Shown piece by piece: positions 62,957 through 64,000 of a DNA stretch of 64,000 nt. The position numbers were made by a program, and so were the translations under genes. Source of the DNA: Synergistetes bacterium ADurb.Bin155 (lineage in GTDB: Bacteria > Synergistota > Synergistia > Synergistales > Thermovirgaceae); the NCBI GenBank assembly GCA_002070395.1, contig MWDE01000005.1, positions 22,800-86,799 on the forward strand. The letters are read 5' to 3'. The notes beneath the pieces are model-generated. The model saw only the letters and a program-made list of their open reading frames with translations. It was not told where the DNA came from and searched no databases. Each line of letters starts with the position of its first letter. The stretch's first letter is position 1.

Positions 62957-63300
62957 TTAAGGCACCAGGGACCTGAGCCCGAGGGCGAATACGCCTTCCA
63001 ATAGTTGCTGTTTACCCTCTCCGTCGAAGAGGACATATCCCTCTTTTATCAGGCCTTCGCGCCTCGCTTCTATAAGTGTTTTCGCGTGGGACAGGTTGAC
63101 GGAGGTGGTTTTCTTGACTTCGAAACCGATGTTGCCGTCGCGGCCCTGGAGGATGAAGTCGGCTTCCATGTTGTTACGGTCGAGATACCAGAAAAGGGCT
63201 GTGCCCGGTTTTAGGGAACTCCAGGCGCGAAGGGTCGTGAAAGCTGCGTTTTCGAAGAGGCTCCCGCCTTTCGTGTTCCCCAGGTAGGAGGCGAACCCGG
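62957..63300 (-). pseudogene. 3' remnant of a DUF4143-containing AAA+ ATPase gene
   Basis: The open frame reads ...GFASYLGNTKGGSLFENAAFTTLRAWSSLKPGTALFWYLDRNNMEADFILQGRDGNIGFEVK..., which is the C-terminal DUF4143 pattern. There is no N-terminal ATPase part, and the frame breaks at a repeat-like GGGGTCAGGG at about 63296. Confidence 0.6.
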
Positions 63301-63562
63301 GGTCAGGGCGAGAAAGTCGTTAATAGTGAATCGAAATGGGCAAGGCCAAACCCTTTTCACCACTAAAACGGGACGACTGGCTGTAGGCTGGATCTTCGAT
63401 CTCCCCACGGTTATGCTGCTCGCTCGAAATGACAGCCAGGAGCGTTCGTTGCTTTTTTGTGCCTTTTTGAAAAATTGTCCAGGTTGTTGCGACTGGTTCC
63501 CGAAGCGCTATAGTGAAACCTGTAATCCATGGCGTTAATCATGGGTTGGGGAATCAGCCTTC

Positions 63563-64000
63563 ATGTTTGGGGTGATAGATATGGGATTTTGGGATTCAGG
63601 GGAAACGCGTTTGCCGCTTTCGGAAGTAGAAAGAAGGGTGCTTCTGCTTTCGTCGCCGTTGGCAAGGAGAGCTTTTGGTTCGTTTTTGAGAGGTGACCTT
63701 GAAAGGGAAGGTGATATTTGGATCGCGTTGCTTAATTTTGACGAATTGCTCCTGATGGGGGAATGTATCAACAGAGACGTATGCCTTTTGGCGGCCGGGA
63801 AGGACCGGACAATTCTTGAGGGGATCCTTTCGAAGGTGCGAGACCGCGTTAATGATCTGCCTTCCCTCGCAGATTCTCCTTCGGACAGGGTTCGCCCCTG
63901 GGCGCCGGGCGATGAATTCAGGCAAAAGGTAGCCCAAACAGTAAAAGACTGGGAAAATGGGCGCTTACCGGATTTGGACAAGGCGCTGAAAAAACTCTCC
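63563..64000 (+). CDS. hypothetical protein, N-terminal 146 aa (runs off the window end)
   Basis: Hand translation from ATG 63563 (MFGVIDMGFWDSGETRLPLSEVERRVLLLSS...) stays open to base 64000. It competes with minus-strand track ORFs 63535..63981 and 63596..63937. The strand choice is tentative. Confidence 0.35.
   Translation, partial: MFGVIDMGFWDSGETRLPLSEVERRVLLLSSPLARRAFGSFLRGDLEREGDIWIALLNFDELLLMGECINRDVCLLAAGKDRTILEGILSKVRDRVNDLPSLADSPSDRVRPWAPGDEFRQKVAQTVKDWENGRLPDLDKALKKLS

Noticed and set aside
63535-63981. Minus-strand ORFs 63535..63981 and 63596..63937 as the real genes at the window end.
   Set aside because: Their translations are Ser/Arg/Pro-rich with no motifs. The plus-strand frame from 63563 is open to the window edge and gives a more protein-like sequence. 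The evidence is weak either way, so the plus-strand call carries low confidence.

Overview
64-kb chromosomal window from a high-GC anaerobe-type bacterium. GC was judged by eye, there is no rRNA in the window, and no taxon is claimed. Gene content is Firmicutes/Synergistetes-like.

Layout, left to right:
- 1-2035: 3' end of a [NiFe]-hydrogenase operon with its maturation protease, then trmO and tRNA-Leu(CAA).
- 2179-8272: a visibly lower-GC operon of aldehyde:ferredoxin oxidoreductase, TRAP transporter and GntR regulator.
- 8346-19847: housekeeping genes (thioesterase, PduO adenosyltransferase, GntR, EamA, rarA, HAD, aminotransferase, degenerate GGDEF protein, prepilin peptidase, YitT).
- 20350-29336: an operon of unknown function, a small ferredoxin, glycogen genes (GH57, glgB), a Fur-like regulator and a DUF4139 protein.
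- 29968-32985: ychF, an OYE flavoenzyme and a ROK kinase.
- 32947-35003: an AbiEi/AbiEii module.
- 35121-59467: a ~25-kb surface-polysaccharide locus with two convergent arms. The plus arm is wza-like, wzz-like, an unknown protein, the priming transferase, three glycosyltransferases and wzy-like. The minus arm is a nucleotide-sugar dehydrogenase, WbpE/D/B-like enzymes, a GT4, a flippase and an AsnB-like enzyme. A 4.7-kb wedge with an IS256-family element and an ImmA/IrrE + DUF4411 module splits the arms.
- 60120-64000: an operon of sigma factor, M15 peptidase, YvrJ, DUF2922 and DUF1659, then a wHTH-nucleotidyltransferase gene and a gene remnant.

The most unusual signal is non-coding. A modular repeat family fills many intergenic regions. 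It has a 35-bp core (TTGGGGTCAGACCTTGAATTTGAGCATTTGTATAC, six full copies) followed by in-phase 7-nt arrays (CGTGAAT/CGTAAAT or CGTGAGA/CGGGAGA). The repeats rewrite the 3' ends of two genes, form a ~450-bp quasi-palindrome, and bracket the AbiE cassette as inverted terminal copies.

All calls rest on reading the sequence and the ORF translations. No database search was run.
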